In this document: positions 36,275-45,084 of the stretch, piece by piece | How positions within the stretch are numbered: the first letter of the stretch is position 1 | How the letters are laid out: each line of letters starts with the position of its first letter | Source: Dehalococcoidia bacterium | GTDB lineage: Bacteria; Chloroflexota; Dehalococcoidia; Bin125 | NCBI GenBank assembly: GCA_965221065.1 | Contig: OZ244861.1 | Coordinates: 2,062,984-2,126,983, forward strand | DNA length: 64,000 bases | Direction: 5' to 3' | The notes under the pieces: model-generated | Told to the model about the DNA's origin: nothing | The model's database searches: none | What the model saw: only the letters and a program-made list of their open reading frames with translations | Made by a program: the position numbers and the translations under genes

Positions 36275-37149
36275 GACAGTCGGCCCTCGATCAGCAGCGA
36301 GTAGCGCTCCAGGATCTCCTCGGAGACTCGCCGAGGGTCGGTCATGATCGCCCCGAACAGCGCGCCCTCAGCCGTCGACGTCCAGTCGGAGGGCAGATTG
36401 AGCGCCACGTCGGCGACGATCCGCTGAGCGGACTGCACGTTTTGCGCGACGATCTCCGCCACGGCGGCAGCGCTCACGTCAGCCTCCGACTCGTGCCAGA
36501 CGTCGTAATCCGTGGCCGTCGCCAGCATCGCGTAAGCGATCTCCGCCTCGCGAGCGAGTTTCGCTTCCGGCACGGCTGTCATGCCGATGATCGATGCGTC
36601 CCACGAGCGATACATGTGTGACTCCGCCCTCGTGCTGAACAGCGGACCCTCCATCGCGATGTACGCGCCGCCGGCGTGAACCGTCTGGCCGACGCGGCCG
36701 GCGCTGTCCACGAGTCGCGCGCTGAGGTCGGCACAGAACGGATCGGCGAAGCCGACGTGAACAACGATCCCGTCGCCGAAAAAGGTCGTTGGCCGACCGC
36801 CGCGCGTGCGATCGATGATCTGATCCGGAACGACCATGTGTCCCGGTACGATCTCCTGCTTGAGCGAACCGACTGCCGAGACGGCGAGGATGCCCTGAAC
36901 GCCAAGCGCTTTCAGCGCCCAGATGTTGGCGCGCACCGGGATCTCGTGCGGCATCAGCCGATGGCCGACACCGTGCCGCGGTAGGAATGCGACCCGCTTG
37001 CCGTGCAGCGAGCCAATCACGATCTCGTCGGAACTCGGTCCAAACGGAGTGTCCGGCTGCCAGCGCTCGACATCTTCCAGGCCCGGCATCTTGTAGAAGC
37101 CGGAACCGCCGATCACGGCCAGGAGAGCGGTGGGATGTTCGCTGGGCAT
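36271..37149 (-). CDS. mtnP: S-methyl-5'-thioadenosine phosphorylase
   Basis: ...VIGGSGFY......GKRVAFLPRHG.GHR..PHEIP.RANIWALKALGV... PNP/MTAP family blocks. Confidence 0.85.
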   Translation of the reverse strand: MPSEHPTALLAVIGGSGFYKMPGLEDVERWQPDTPFGPSSDEIVIGSLHGKRVAFLPRHGVGHRLMPHEIPVRANIWALKALGVQGILAVSAVGSLKQEIVPGHMVVPDQIIDRTRGGRPTTFFGDGIVVHVGFADPFCADLSARLVDSAGRVGQTVHAGGAYIAMEGPLFSTRAESHMYRSWDASIIGMTAVPEAKLAREAEIAYAMLATATDYDVWHESEADVSAAAVAEIVAQNVQSAQRIVADVALNLPSDWTSTAEGALFGAIMTDPRRVSEEILERYSLLIEGRLS

Positions 37150-37168
37150 ATGGCAACCCTCGCTGAGC

Positions 37169-37699
37169 TCAGTAGATGAGCATTGACTCGACGGAGTGCG
37201 GCTCCAGCCGGTCGCGCCCGTTTAGCGCTTCAAGTTCGATCAGGAAGGCAATCTTGGCGATCTCTGCCTGCGCGTGAACGACGAGCTGGATCGCGGCCTC
37301 GGCGGTGCCGCCGGTCGCGAGCAGATCGTCGACCAGGGCGATGCGCGATCCGGCCACGATCGCGTCCGAGTGCATCTCGATCGTCGCGGACCCGTACTCG
37401 AGGTCGTAGGAGCGCGAGATCGTGTCGGCCGGCAGCTTGCCCGCCTTGCGGATCGGGACAAACGGCAGGTTCAGACGTTGCGCGATCGGCGCACCGATGA
37501 TGAACCCGCGCGACTCGATCCCGACGATCGCGTCAGCGTCCCGGCAATGTTCGGTCACCCAGTCCAGCGCCTGCGCAAACGCCGTAGGTTCAGCCAGCAA
37601 TGGTGTGATGTCGCGGAACAGGATGCCCGGCTCCGGGAAGTCCGGTACGGCGCGAATGTACTGCGCCACCAGGTCGCTGGCGGTGGGCGTGTCGGTCAT
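37169..37699 (-). CDS. apt: adenine phosphoribosyltransferase
   Basis: PRPP-binding motif ...RIALVDDLLATGGTAEAA...; ~176 aa (start 37699 or 37714). Confidence 0.85.
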   Translation of the reverse strand: MTDTPTASDLVAQYIRAVPDFPEPGILFRDITPLLAEPTAFAQALDWVTEHCRDADAIVGIESRGFIIGAPIAQRLNLPFVPIRKAGKLPADTISRSYDLEYGSATIEMHSDAIVAGSRIALVDDLLATGGTAEAAIQLVVHAQAEIAKIAFLIELEALNGRDRLEPHSVESMLIY

Positions 37700-37809
37700 G
37701 GATTCAGCGTACAAGCGACCGCTGTCGTGAGTCGCCCTTCAGCATCTCCCCACATCCCCGTGCATCGCCGATTCGCTGATAGTCTGAGCCGAAGCGGTGC
37801 TGAGGCCGA

Positions 37810-38634
37810 GTGGAGTCCGTTTTGGACGATCCCCTGAACTGGACGGACGACGACCAGGAGCGGGCGCTGCGCGCCATTGCGCCTTGGTACGACCTCGATT
37901 TCGGTCCGCTCACCGACGACGTCGAGATGATTCTCGAACTCGGTTCCCATGCGGAACGGGTCCTCGAGCTGGGCGCGGGCAACGGACGAATCGCCGTGCC
38001 ACTGGCGGCGGCCGGCTGCCGTGTGACGGCGATCGATTCATCCGAAGCGATGCTTGCGGTCGGAGAAGCCCGTATGCGTGAAGCCGGCGTCGACGTAATC
38101 CGCAGCGACATGCGTGACCTGTCAATCGGCGGGGCATTCGACCTCGTCTGCTTCGGTCTATCGACCTTCCAGCATCTCCTCCGGCGCACCGATCAGCTGG
38201 CTGCCCTGCAAGCGGCCCGACGACACCTCGCCGACAACGGCCGGCTCTTGATCGACTGGACTGCGCCCCGTCCTGACGATCTGGATCCCACCCCGTCCAC
38301 CGTGCAGCTCGAGTGGCTGCGCGAGGCGTCGACGGGCGAGCTGGTCACCAAGAGCGCAGCGCAGGAGCTGGCGCTCTATCGCTCCTGCGGTAGCGCGCTC
38401 GACCGCGCCCTGGCGATCGCCTGGATCACCTATCAGTACGACGCAGTGAACGAATCGGGACTGCTGCGCCGCTCGCTCGCGCGCTTCCCCTTGCGCGTCA
38501 ACCTGACCGCAGCTGAGATGGCCGGACTGCTGAGTGAATCAGGTCTGACCCCGATTCAGTGGTTCGGATCGTGGCAGCTCGAAGAGGTAGGCGATGGGGA
38601 TCGGCTGATCGTCCTGGCGGAGGAGGCCGGATGA
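37810..38634 (+). CDS. class I SAM-dependent methyltransferase
   Basis: Motif I VLELGAGNGR; Rossmann-like layout; GTG start. Confidence 0.7.
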   Translation: MESVLDDPLNWTDDDQERALRAIAPWYDLDFGPLTDDVEMILELGSHAERVLELGAGNGRIAVPLAAAGCRVTAIDSSEAMLAVGEARMREAGVDVIRSDMRDLSIGGAFDLVCFGLSTFQHLLRRTDQLAALQAARRHLADNGRLLIDWTAPRPDDLDPTPSTVQLEWLREASTGELVTKSAAQELALYRSCGSALDRALAIAWITYQYDAVNESGLLRRSLARFPLRVNLTAAEMAGLLSESGLTPIQWFGSWQLEEVGDGDRLIVLAEEAG

Positions 38635-39911
38635 AGCTCTGGAAGTTCGTGCTCGGCTTCGCCGTCATCTCGTTCGCGGGCCTGGTCGTCGCGTGCGGAT
38701 CGAATCCGAGTGAGCATGTCCAGTCCAACGAGTACTTCCGCCCGGCAGCAGCGGATCAACAGCAGCAGGCGGCCGCCGATTCGCAGCAGGCGGACGACCA
38801 ACAGCAGCAGCGCCAGCGAACCCAGCGGCAAGAACAGGGCCAGGACGAACAGCAGGAGGCTGCATCCGAAAACCGGTCCGACCAGCAGTCCGACCAGGAC
38901 GAGGAATCCGCTGACCAGCCCGGTCAAGCGGGCGACGAAGCTCAGGCCGAGCAGGACGCAGCCCCGCTCGAGACGTCCGAAGACGTCGTCCGACGCTATG
39001 CCAGCCCGACCTACGGCTACTCGCTCGAGTTGATCTGCTCGCCCTTCTGCGATGCCAGCTCCACCGGCATCGACCGAGTTATGTTCCGCTCCGAGAGCGG
39101 ACGCGCGCTGATCAGCGTCGCGGTCTTTGAGGACGACGGAACCGAATCCGCGGAATTCCTCAGGTCCGCCCTCGCGCTCGGCGACAACGTCGAGTTCACC
39201 GAGTTCGAAGAGACCGCAACGATCACCGGTGAACCGGCCGAGCGATTCGGCTGGGAGGAAGACCGTCGTGCAACCGGTGGGTTCCACGTTCGCTGGCACG
39301 CGATGCTGATTCGTGTCGATGATCTGGCGATCGTGCTGCGCGCCGGCTCCGTCATGGAGGACTATGACGGCGTGGTCTTCGCGCTCGAGCGGGCGATCGA
39401 ATCGTTCATCCTGCCGCTCGAGATCGAAGGCCGCCCCGGACGCTACGAGCGATTCGACTTCACCATCTCGTACGACACCGCTGACTTCGCTCAGGAGTTC
39501 GGTCAACCGACCAATGCCCCGCCCAGCAACGAGGCGGGAATCTTCGTCCTGCAGACGACCACGGCGCTGAAGGCCGTCCTGACCTGGCAAGTGCTCGGCG
39601 AGGCCTTCTACGACGGCGACACCGCCATTTCGCAGTCGCTGCGAGACGCCCTCGGCATCGAGAACGTCTCCGGCTTCCGCGACGCAGCCAACGTGGATGG
39701 TACGCCCGCCCGCACCGGCGAGACCGAAACCCAGTTCGGCGAAGGCACAATGATGATTCGCTCATTCGCCTGGTACTGCCGAGACGGCGGTCGCGAGTTC
39801 GTACTCCACGTCCTCGACCCGGACGATCCGGAATCCGTAGCATTACCGTTGATTGAGAGCTTCCGCTGCACGACCGAGGGTGTCCAGGAAGCGGCCGAGG
39901 ACGCGGAATAG
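38631..39911 (+). CDS. putative lipoprotein with Gln/Asp/Glu-rich low-complexity linker and C-terminal globular domain
   Basis: MKLWKFVLGFAVISFAGLVVAC lipobox, then ~100 aa Q/D/E-rich, then ~280-aa domain; AGGAGG ribosome-binding site; ATGA overlap with methyltransferase. Confidence 0.6.
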   Translation: MKLWKFVLGFAVISFAGLVVACGSNPSEHVQSNEYFRPAAADQQQQAAADSQQADDQQQQRQRTQRQEQGQDEQQEAASENRSDQQSDQDEESADQPGQAGDEAQAEQDAAPLETSEDVVRRYASPTYGYSLELICSPFCDASSTGIDRVMFRSESGRALISVAVFEDDGTESAEFLRSALALGDNVEFTEFEETATITGEPAERFGWEEDRRATGGFHVRWHAMLIRVDDLAIVLRAGSVMEDYDGVVFALERAIESFILPLEIEGRPGRYERFDFTISYDTADFAQEFGQPTNAPPSNEAGIFVLQTTTALKAVLTWQVLGEAFYDGDTAISQSLRDALGIENVSGFRDAANVDGTPARTGETETQFGEGTMMIRSFAWYCRDGGREFVLHVLDPDDPESVALPLIESFRCTTEGVQEAAEDAE

Positions 39912-39924
39912 CGGAGCAAACTTG

Positions 39925-41028
39925 ATGCAGCGATCGGCGCAGCGAGGAACCAGCCCGCGACCGATCACCGTCGCCCTCGATGCGATGGGCGGAGACAACG
40001 CGCCCGCCACCATCGTTCGCGGCGCGCTCAGCGCGGCCCGAGATGTCGACGTGGATATCATCCTGGTCGGACGCGGCCGGGAGATCCGCAGCTTGCTGCC
40101 CGCAGCCCAACGCAATCTCAGGATTCACGAGGCCTCCGAAGCGATCGCCATGGACGCGCCGCCCACCGCGGTACGGCGGATGCGAGACTCCTCCATCATG
40201 GTCGGACTCGGCCTGCTCGCCGACGGCGAGGCCGACGCGTTCCTGTCCTTCGGCAATACAGGCGCAGTGATGGCCGGTTCGCTCTTCTCACTCGGCCGCG
40301 TGCCCGGAGTCGCGAGACCCGCGCTCGGCGCGCTCTTCCGAAACGGTCGCGGCACAACCTCGCTGCTGCTCGATGTCGGAGCGAACGTCGAAGCGCGGCC
40401 CCAGTACCTCTGCCAGTTCGCAACAATGGGCCGAGCCTACGTAGAACGCGTCCTCCGCCATCGCAATCCGAGCGTGGGCCTCTTGAACGTCGGTGAAGAG
40501 GAACTCAAGGGCACCAGCCTGCACCAGGAGACCTACCGCCTGCTCGAGCGCCAGGAACCGAACTTCGTCGGCAACATCGAGGCGAATCGGATGGTCGGCG
40601 GCGCAGCCGATGTGATCGTCTCGGACGGCTTCACCGGCAACGTTGCCGTCAAACTGACCGAGGGAGTGGCCGAACAACTCTTCGGCGAACTCAAACGCAG
40701 CATCCAGTCGAGCATGCTGCACATGGCCGGTGCATGGCTCATGCGCGGCGCGTTCCAGGGACTGCGAGCACACTGGGACTACGCCAAGGTCGGCTCCGCG
40801 CCCTTGTTCGGGATCGATGGAGCGGTACTGGTCGGCCACGGCCGCGCAAACGCCGAAGCGGTGGCCAGCGGGATCAAGTCGGCCCGCAGCGTCGTCGAAT
40901 CCGGCGTCGTCGACGCCATCCGCGACGCCGTCGCCGGAACCGCGCCGGTCGATGACGATTTCGATCCGTCGCCCCCCGAACGCAGCGACGGTCAGGTGAG
41001 CGACACTTGGCGCTACGAGCGCGGCTGA
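39925..41028 (+). CDS. plsX: phosphate acyltransferase PlsX
   Basis: ...ITVALDAMGGDNAP......FLSFGNTGAVMA...SDGFTGNVAVK... canonical PlsX blocks. Confidence 0.85.
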   Translation: MQRSAQRGTSPRPITVALDAMGGDNAPATIVRGALSAARDVDVDIILVGRGREIRSLLPAAQRNLRIHEASEAIAMDAPPTAVRRMRDSSIMVGLGLLADGEADAFLSFGNTGAVMAGSLFSLGRVPGVARPALGALFRNGRGTTSLLLDVGANVEARPQYLCQFATMGRAYVERVLRHRNPSVGLLNVGEEELKGTSLHQETYRLLERQEPNFVGNIEANRMVGGAADVIVSDGFTGNVAVKLTEGVAEQLFGELKRSIQSSMLHMAGAWLMRGAFQGLRAHWDYAKVGSAPLFGIDGAVLVGHGRANAEAVASGIKSARSVVESGVVDAIRDAVAGTAPVDDDFDPSPPERSDGQVSDTWRYERG

Positions 41029-41109
41029 ACCCCCACCTGAGCGCGGCGCGATGCGATACATTTGATGGGTTCCCCCCGGACATATGCGTACATCGCTTGG
41101 AGGACAGAG

Positions 41110-41436
41110 ATGGCAAAGCCCCAGGAAGTGACGGACGGCAGCTTCCAGGCAGACGTCAAGGACAACGACCTGCCGGTGCTCGTGGATTTCTGGGCGCCCT
41201 GGTGCGGTCCCTGCCGCATGGTTGCGCCGATCGTCGACGAACTCTCTGACGAATACGACGGCCGCGTCGCGTTCTACAAGCTGAACACCGACGAAAACCC
41301 GGGCATCGCCACCGAGTACGGGATCCGCAGCATCCCCACCCTGCTCGTCTTCAAGGACGGCGAAGTCGCCGGTCAGATCGTCGGCTTCCGCCCCAAGAGC
41401 GACCTCGCCAAGCGACTCGACGAAGTCCTCGCCTGA
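41110..41436 (+). CDS. trxA: thioredoxin
   Basis: WAPWCGPCRM active site; 108 aa from ATG 41110 with GGAGG ribosome-binding site. Confidence 0.9.
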   Translation: MAKPQEVTDGSFQADVKDNDLPVLVDFWAPWCGPCRMVAPIVDELSDEYDGRVAFYKLNTDENPGIATEYGIRSIPTLLVFKDGEVAGQIVGFRPKSDLAKRLDEVLA

Positions 41437-41559
41437 TCCGCGACGAACCCGCGATCCACACAACCACTCCCCCGAACGGGTCCGACCGCGCAACCAACAG
41501 CGCCGTCGGCCCCTTTCGCGTATCCTGCGCCCGTTACACCCCCACGAGAGGCGATTCAC

Positions 41560-42732
41560 ATGAAGGTCGGCGTTCACTTCAACTACCAGAACTACAGCGA
41601 CTGGGACCGATTCGAGGCCCAGGCCGTCTCCGACAAGCCGCAGGTCAGCGACCAGCAGGTCTACGAGGAGGAAATCCACCTCGGCGGACTCGTTGAACCG
41701 CTGGGCTTCGACTCCTACTGGTGTATCGACCACCACTTCTCGCCCTACATCATGACCTCGGGCGCGATGCAGAATCTGACCTACTTCGCCGGCAAGACCG
41801 AGCGCATCGACTTCGGCACCATGGTGATCGTCCTCCCCTGGTACGACCCCGTCGCCATCACCGAGCAGATCACCGTGCTCGACAACATGCTCCAGGGCCG
41901 CAAGCTCACCCTCGGCCTCGGTCGTGGCGCAGCCAAGCGCGAGTTTGAAGCCTTCCGTTCGCCGATGGGCGAGTCTCGCGACCGCTTCATGGAGTCGCTC
42001 GAAGTCGTGCGTAAGGGCCTGACCCAGGAATTCTTCTCCCACGAGGGCGACTTCTACACCATTCCGGAGACCACCATCCGCCCCCGCCCGCGCAACCCGC
42101 AGGCCCTGCTCGACTCGATGCGCGTCGCCTGGATTTCTCCCGAGACGCTCGAGATCGCCGCGAACGCCGGCCTCGGCATGCTCTTCACCAACTCGAAGAA
42201 GTGGGACGAGTACCAGGCCGATGTCAAGCGGTTCAACGAGATTCGCGTCTCCCAGGGCTGGGAGCCGAAGCAGCCCACCGTCGTCGCCAACGTCGCCTGC
42301 TTCGACACCGAGGAGGAAGCCTGGTCGGTCATGCTTGAGCACACCGGCAAGTTCCAGGAGAGCGTCGAGCGCCACTACCACTTCTCCGAATCGGCGCGCT
42401 TCGCCGCGACCAAGGGCTACAAGTACTACGCCGAGTTCGGCAAGACCAACGAGAAGACGACCCCTGAGCAGCGCGCCCAGTTCGCGGCCATGCCTCAGGC
42501 CTGGGGTACGCCCGACCAGGTCATCGAGAAGCTCAAGCACATCCAGCAGGTGACCGCCGCGGAAGAGCTGATCATGAACTTCCGCATCTCCGGCGGCATG
42601 CCCGCCGAGACCGCCGAGCGCAGCATGCGCCTCTTCGCCTCCGACGTGCTACCGGCGATCCATGAGCTCGAGGGCACCATGCCTGAGGAACTTTCGGGTC
42701 GCACCGCCGGTGAGCCAGTCCCGGCCGACTAG
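41560..42732 (+). CDS. LLM-class (luciferase-like) flavin/F420-dependent oxidoreductase
   Basis: TIM-barrel luciferase-like family pattern (MKVGVHF..., ...LGLGRG..., ~390 aa). Confidence 0.7.
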   Translation: MKVGVHFNYQNYSDWDRFEAQAVSDKPQVSDQQVYEEEIHLGGLVEPLGFDSYWCIDHHFSPYIMTSGAMQNLTYFAGKTERIDFGTMVIVLPWYDPVAITEQITVLDNMLQGRKLTLGLGRGAAKREFEAFRSPMGESRDRFMESLEVVRKGLTQEFFSHEGDFYTIPETTIRPRPRNPQALLDSMRVAWISPETLEIAANAGLGMLFTNSKKWDEYQADVKRFNEIRVSQGWEPKQPTVVANVACFDTEEEAWSVMLEHTGKFQESVERHYHFSESARFAATKGYKYYAEFGKTNEKTTPEQRAQFAAMPQAWGTPDQVIEKLKHIQQVTAAEELIMNFRISGGMPAETAERSMRLFASDVLPAIHELEGTMPEELSGRTAGEPVPAD

Positions 42733-42736
42733 CCAC

Positions 42737-43894
42737 ATGTCCGCAGTCGAGCTGCCAATCGACCTGCAAGGCACATGCGAACCGCGCTTCGGCGCGGTTC
42801 GCGCCGCGTTTGAGGCCAACTGGACCGACCACGACGAGGTCGGCGCATCGCTCTGCGTAATCGTCGGCGGAGAAACCGTCGTCGATCTCTGGGGCGGACA
42901 CGCCGACGCCGAGCGCGACCGCGCCTGGCAGCAAGACACGATCGCCAACGTCTACTCCTCGACCAAGGGCATCGCGGCCGCCGCCGCGGCGATCCTCGTC
43001 GATCGCGGTCAGCTCGATGTCGAGCGACCCGTCGTCGACTACTGGCCCGAGTTCGGCCAGTCTGGCCAGTCGGATAAGTCCGAGATCAAGGTCCGTCACC
43101 TGCTCACGCATGAGGCGGGCCTCGCCGGCGTCGACGAAGAACTGCCCGCCGGCGCCGTGCTCGACTGGGACCACATGATCGGCGCGCTCGAACGCCAGCC
43201 GCCAATGTGGACCCCCGGCGAAGCCATGGGCTACCACGCCATCACCTACGGCTGGCTGGTCGGAGAGGTAATCCGCCGGATCGACGGCCGCACCTGCGGC
43301 GAGTTCGTCCGCGACGAAATCGCCCGACCGCTCGGTGTCGACTTCTTCATCGGCCTGCCCGAGTCCGAAGATCCGCGCACCGCCGATCTCCTCCCCGCTC
43401 CCGGCGCCGCCCCGATCGGCGTCGGCACTCAGGACAACTTGGCCGCGCGGGCGCTCGGCCTCGCCGCGCCCCGACTCGCCGGCGCTGTCAACTCCCGCGC
43501 GTGGCGCGCCGCCGAACTGCCGGCCGCAAACGGCCACGGCAACGGCCGCTCGCTGGCCGCGATCTACTCCGCGCTCGCGCAGGGCGGCGCTGGGTTGCTC
43601 TCGAGTCAAGCAATCGACGCCTGCGCCGCAACCGAGCACGCCGCCCGCGAGGACATGGTCCTCGGATTCCTCGTCCGACGCTCCCTGGGCTTCATCCTCA
43701 GCACCGCAGGCGGGCGCTACGAGTGGGGACCCAATCCCCGCACGTTCGGACACTCCGGCGCAGGCGGATCGCTCGGCTTCGCCGACCCCGACGCCGAGAT
43801 CGGCTTCGGCTATGTGATGAATCAGATGTCGGCCGGCCTCGGCGCCGATCCGCGCTGGAAACCAATGATCGACGCGGTCTACTCGAGCCTCTAG
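42737..43894 (+). CDS. serine hydrolase of the beta-lactamase/esterase (class C-like, SxxK) family
   Basis: SSTK active-site motif, ~385 aa, YxN-like and HxG context. Confidence 0.65.
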   Translation: MSAVELPIDLQGTCEPRFGAVRAAFEANWTDHDEVGASLCVIVGGETVVDLWGGHADAERDRAWQQDTIANVYSSTKGIAAAAAAILVDRGQLDVERPVVDYWPEFGQSGQSDKSEIKVRHLLTHEAGLAGVDEELPAGAVLDWDHMIGALERQPPMWTPGEAMGYHAITYGWLVGEVIRRIDGRTCGEFVRDEIARPLGVDFFIGLPESEDPRTADLLPAPGAAPIGVGTQDNLAARALGLAAPRLAGAVNSRAWRAAELPAANGHGNGRSLAAIYSALAQGGAGLLSSQAIDACAATEHAAREDMVLGFLVRRSLGFILSTAGGRYEWGPNPRTFGHSGAGGSLGFADPDAEIGFGYVMNQMSAGLGADPRWKPMIDAVYSSL

Positions 43895-43904
43895 CGCTCG
43901 ACCT

Positions 43905-44759
43905 TCAGGCCGCGAGCTGCCGCCCTCCCTGGTTCAGGTATCCGCGCAACTCCGCCAGTACCTGCTCGCGCCGCCCCTCCGTCCAACCCATCTCCCTCGC
44001 GATCCTCAGCGCCGGTTGACGCGTGCCCGAGGCGAACGGCCCGGATGCTTCGTGAAACGTGTTGATGTGCACTCGGGAGACTCCGGTCTCAAGGATCCGC
44101 TCCGCGAACGCACCGGCGTCGTTCAACGGCAGCAGCGGCGACACGTTGATCCGCGTCTTGAAGCCCTCCCGCGACAACCGACTGATCGCCTCGAACCGAC
44201 GATCAATACTGGCGCATTGCGGTTCGAACAGCTTGCGCACCTCGTCTGAGTCGGTCGTGATGCTCATCGTGATGTTGAGGTGCTCGAACGTCTCGAACAG
44301 GTCGATGTCGCGCGTCACCAGCGGACTGCGCGACAGCACCGCCAGGCGCGCCCCGCGCTGAGCGAGGATCGGCAGCAGCGAACGAGTCAGCTCCAGTCGC
44401 GCTTCAATCGGCTGATACGGATCCGTCGCGCTGCTCATCAGCACCGTCCTGCCATGCAGGTTCTGCCGGGAGTTGCGCAGCTTGGCGATCGCATTCGTCT
44501 TAACCCGAACCCACTGTCCCCACCGCTCCCGCTGCTCCTCCTCCGCCACAAAGAACGCCGCATAGCAGTACGTGCAGGCGAACGTGCAGCCCTGGTAAGG
44601 ATTGATCACGAAATCCAGGTCGGCCAGCCGTCCCGTCGGCCGCGCAAGAATCGCCGATGAATCCACATAGATGACATCGGCAGTCCCCTGAGTTCGTGGT
44701 CTGGCAGGCGCGGGGTTCGGGTCAAAGAGAGATAGCTGCAACATGACAATAGAGTACAC
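43905..44759 (-). CDS. radical SAM protein of the SPL/COG1533 (DNA repair photolyase-like) family
   Basis: INPYQGCTFACTYCYA (Cx3Cx2C) and overall resemblance to SplB-like proteins; GTG 44759 or ATG 44744 start. Confidence 0.6.
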   Translation of the reverse strand: MYSIVMLQLSLFDPNPAPARPRTQGTADVIYVDSSAILARPTGRLADLDFVINPYQGCTFACTYCYAAFFVAEEEQRERWGQWVRVKTNAIAKLRNSRQNLHGRTVLMSSATDPYQPIEARLELTRSLLPILAQRGARLAVLSRSPLVTRDIDLFETFEHLNITMSITTDSDEVRKLFEPQCASIDRRFEAISRLSREGFKTRINVSPLLPLNDAGAFAERILETGVSRVHINTFHEASGPFASGTRQPALRIAREMGWTEGRREQVLAELRGYLNQGGRQLAA

Positions 44760-44955
44760 ATGTTCTCTATCTCAGTCAAGAACATATGTGTTTCGCCGTC
44801 CGCTCTTGAACTATGTACATGCCCCAACAAGGTCGGCCCCGCGAAGACGGGCCGGACAGCGCAGGCTGGGCCGGACAGCACCGAAATCGCGGTGGCGCCC
44901 CCGCCGACGCTCCGCTCTCCCATTCACCCTGGACCCCTGCAGGTCAGCCCATTCC

Positions 44956-45006
44956 CCTCTCCCCCCGCGCGAGCGGGGGAAGATGCCGCAGGCAGAGGGG
45001 GGCTCC
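44956..45006. repeat. GC-rich hairpin repeat, copy 1 (CCCCCCGCG-cgag-CGGGGG ... CAGAGGGGGGC)
   Basis: Shares the ...ctccccccgc[loop]gcgggggg...gcagaggggggc... core with the copies at 47056 and 47424. Confidence 0.5.
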
Positions 45007-45034
45007 CGCCAGATGTGAACCGCCAACGATGCAA

Positions 45035-45058
45035 CGACCCTCCCAAACGGGAGGGTCG
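45035..45058. terminator. candidate terminator hairpin downstream of the D-aminoacylase gene
   Basis: Perfect GACCCTCCC-aaac-GGGAGGGTC stem-loop about 27 nt past the minus-strand stop at 45085. Confidence 0.45.
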
Positions 45059-45084
45059 TCGAGCAAGGGGTGCCGCACGCGTGA

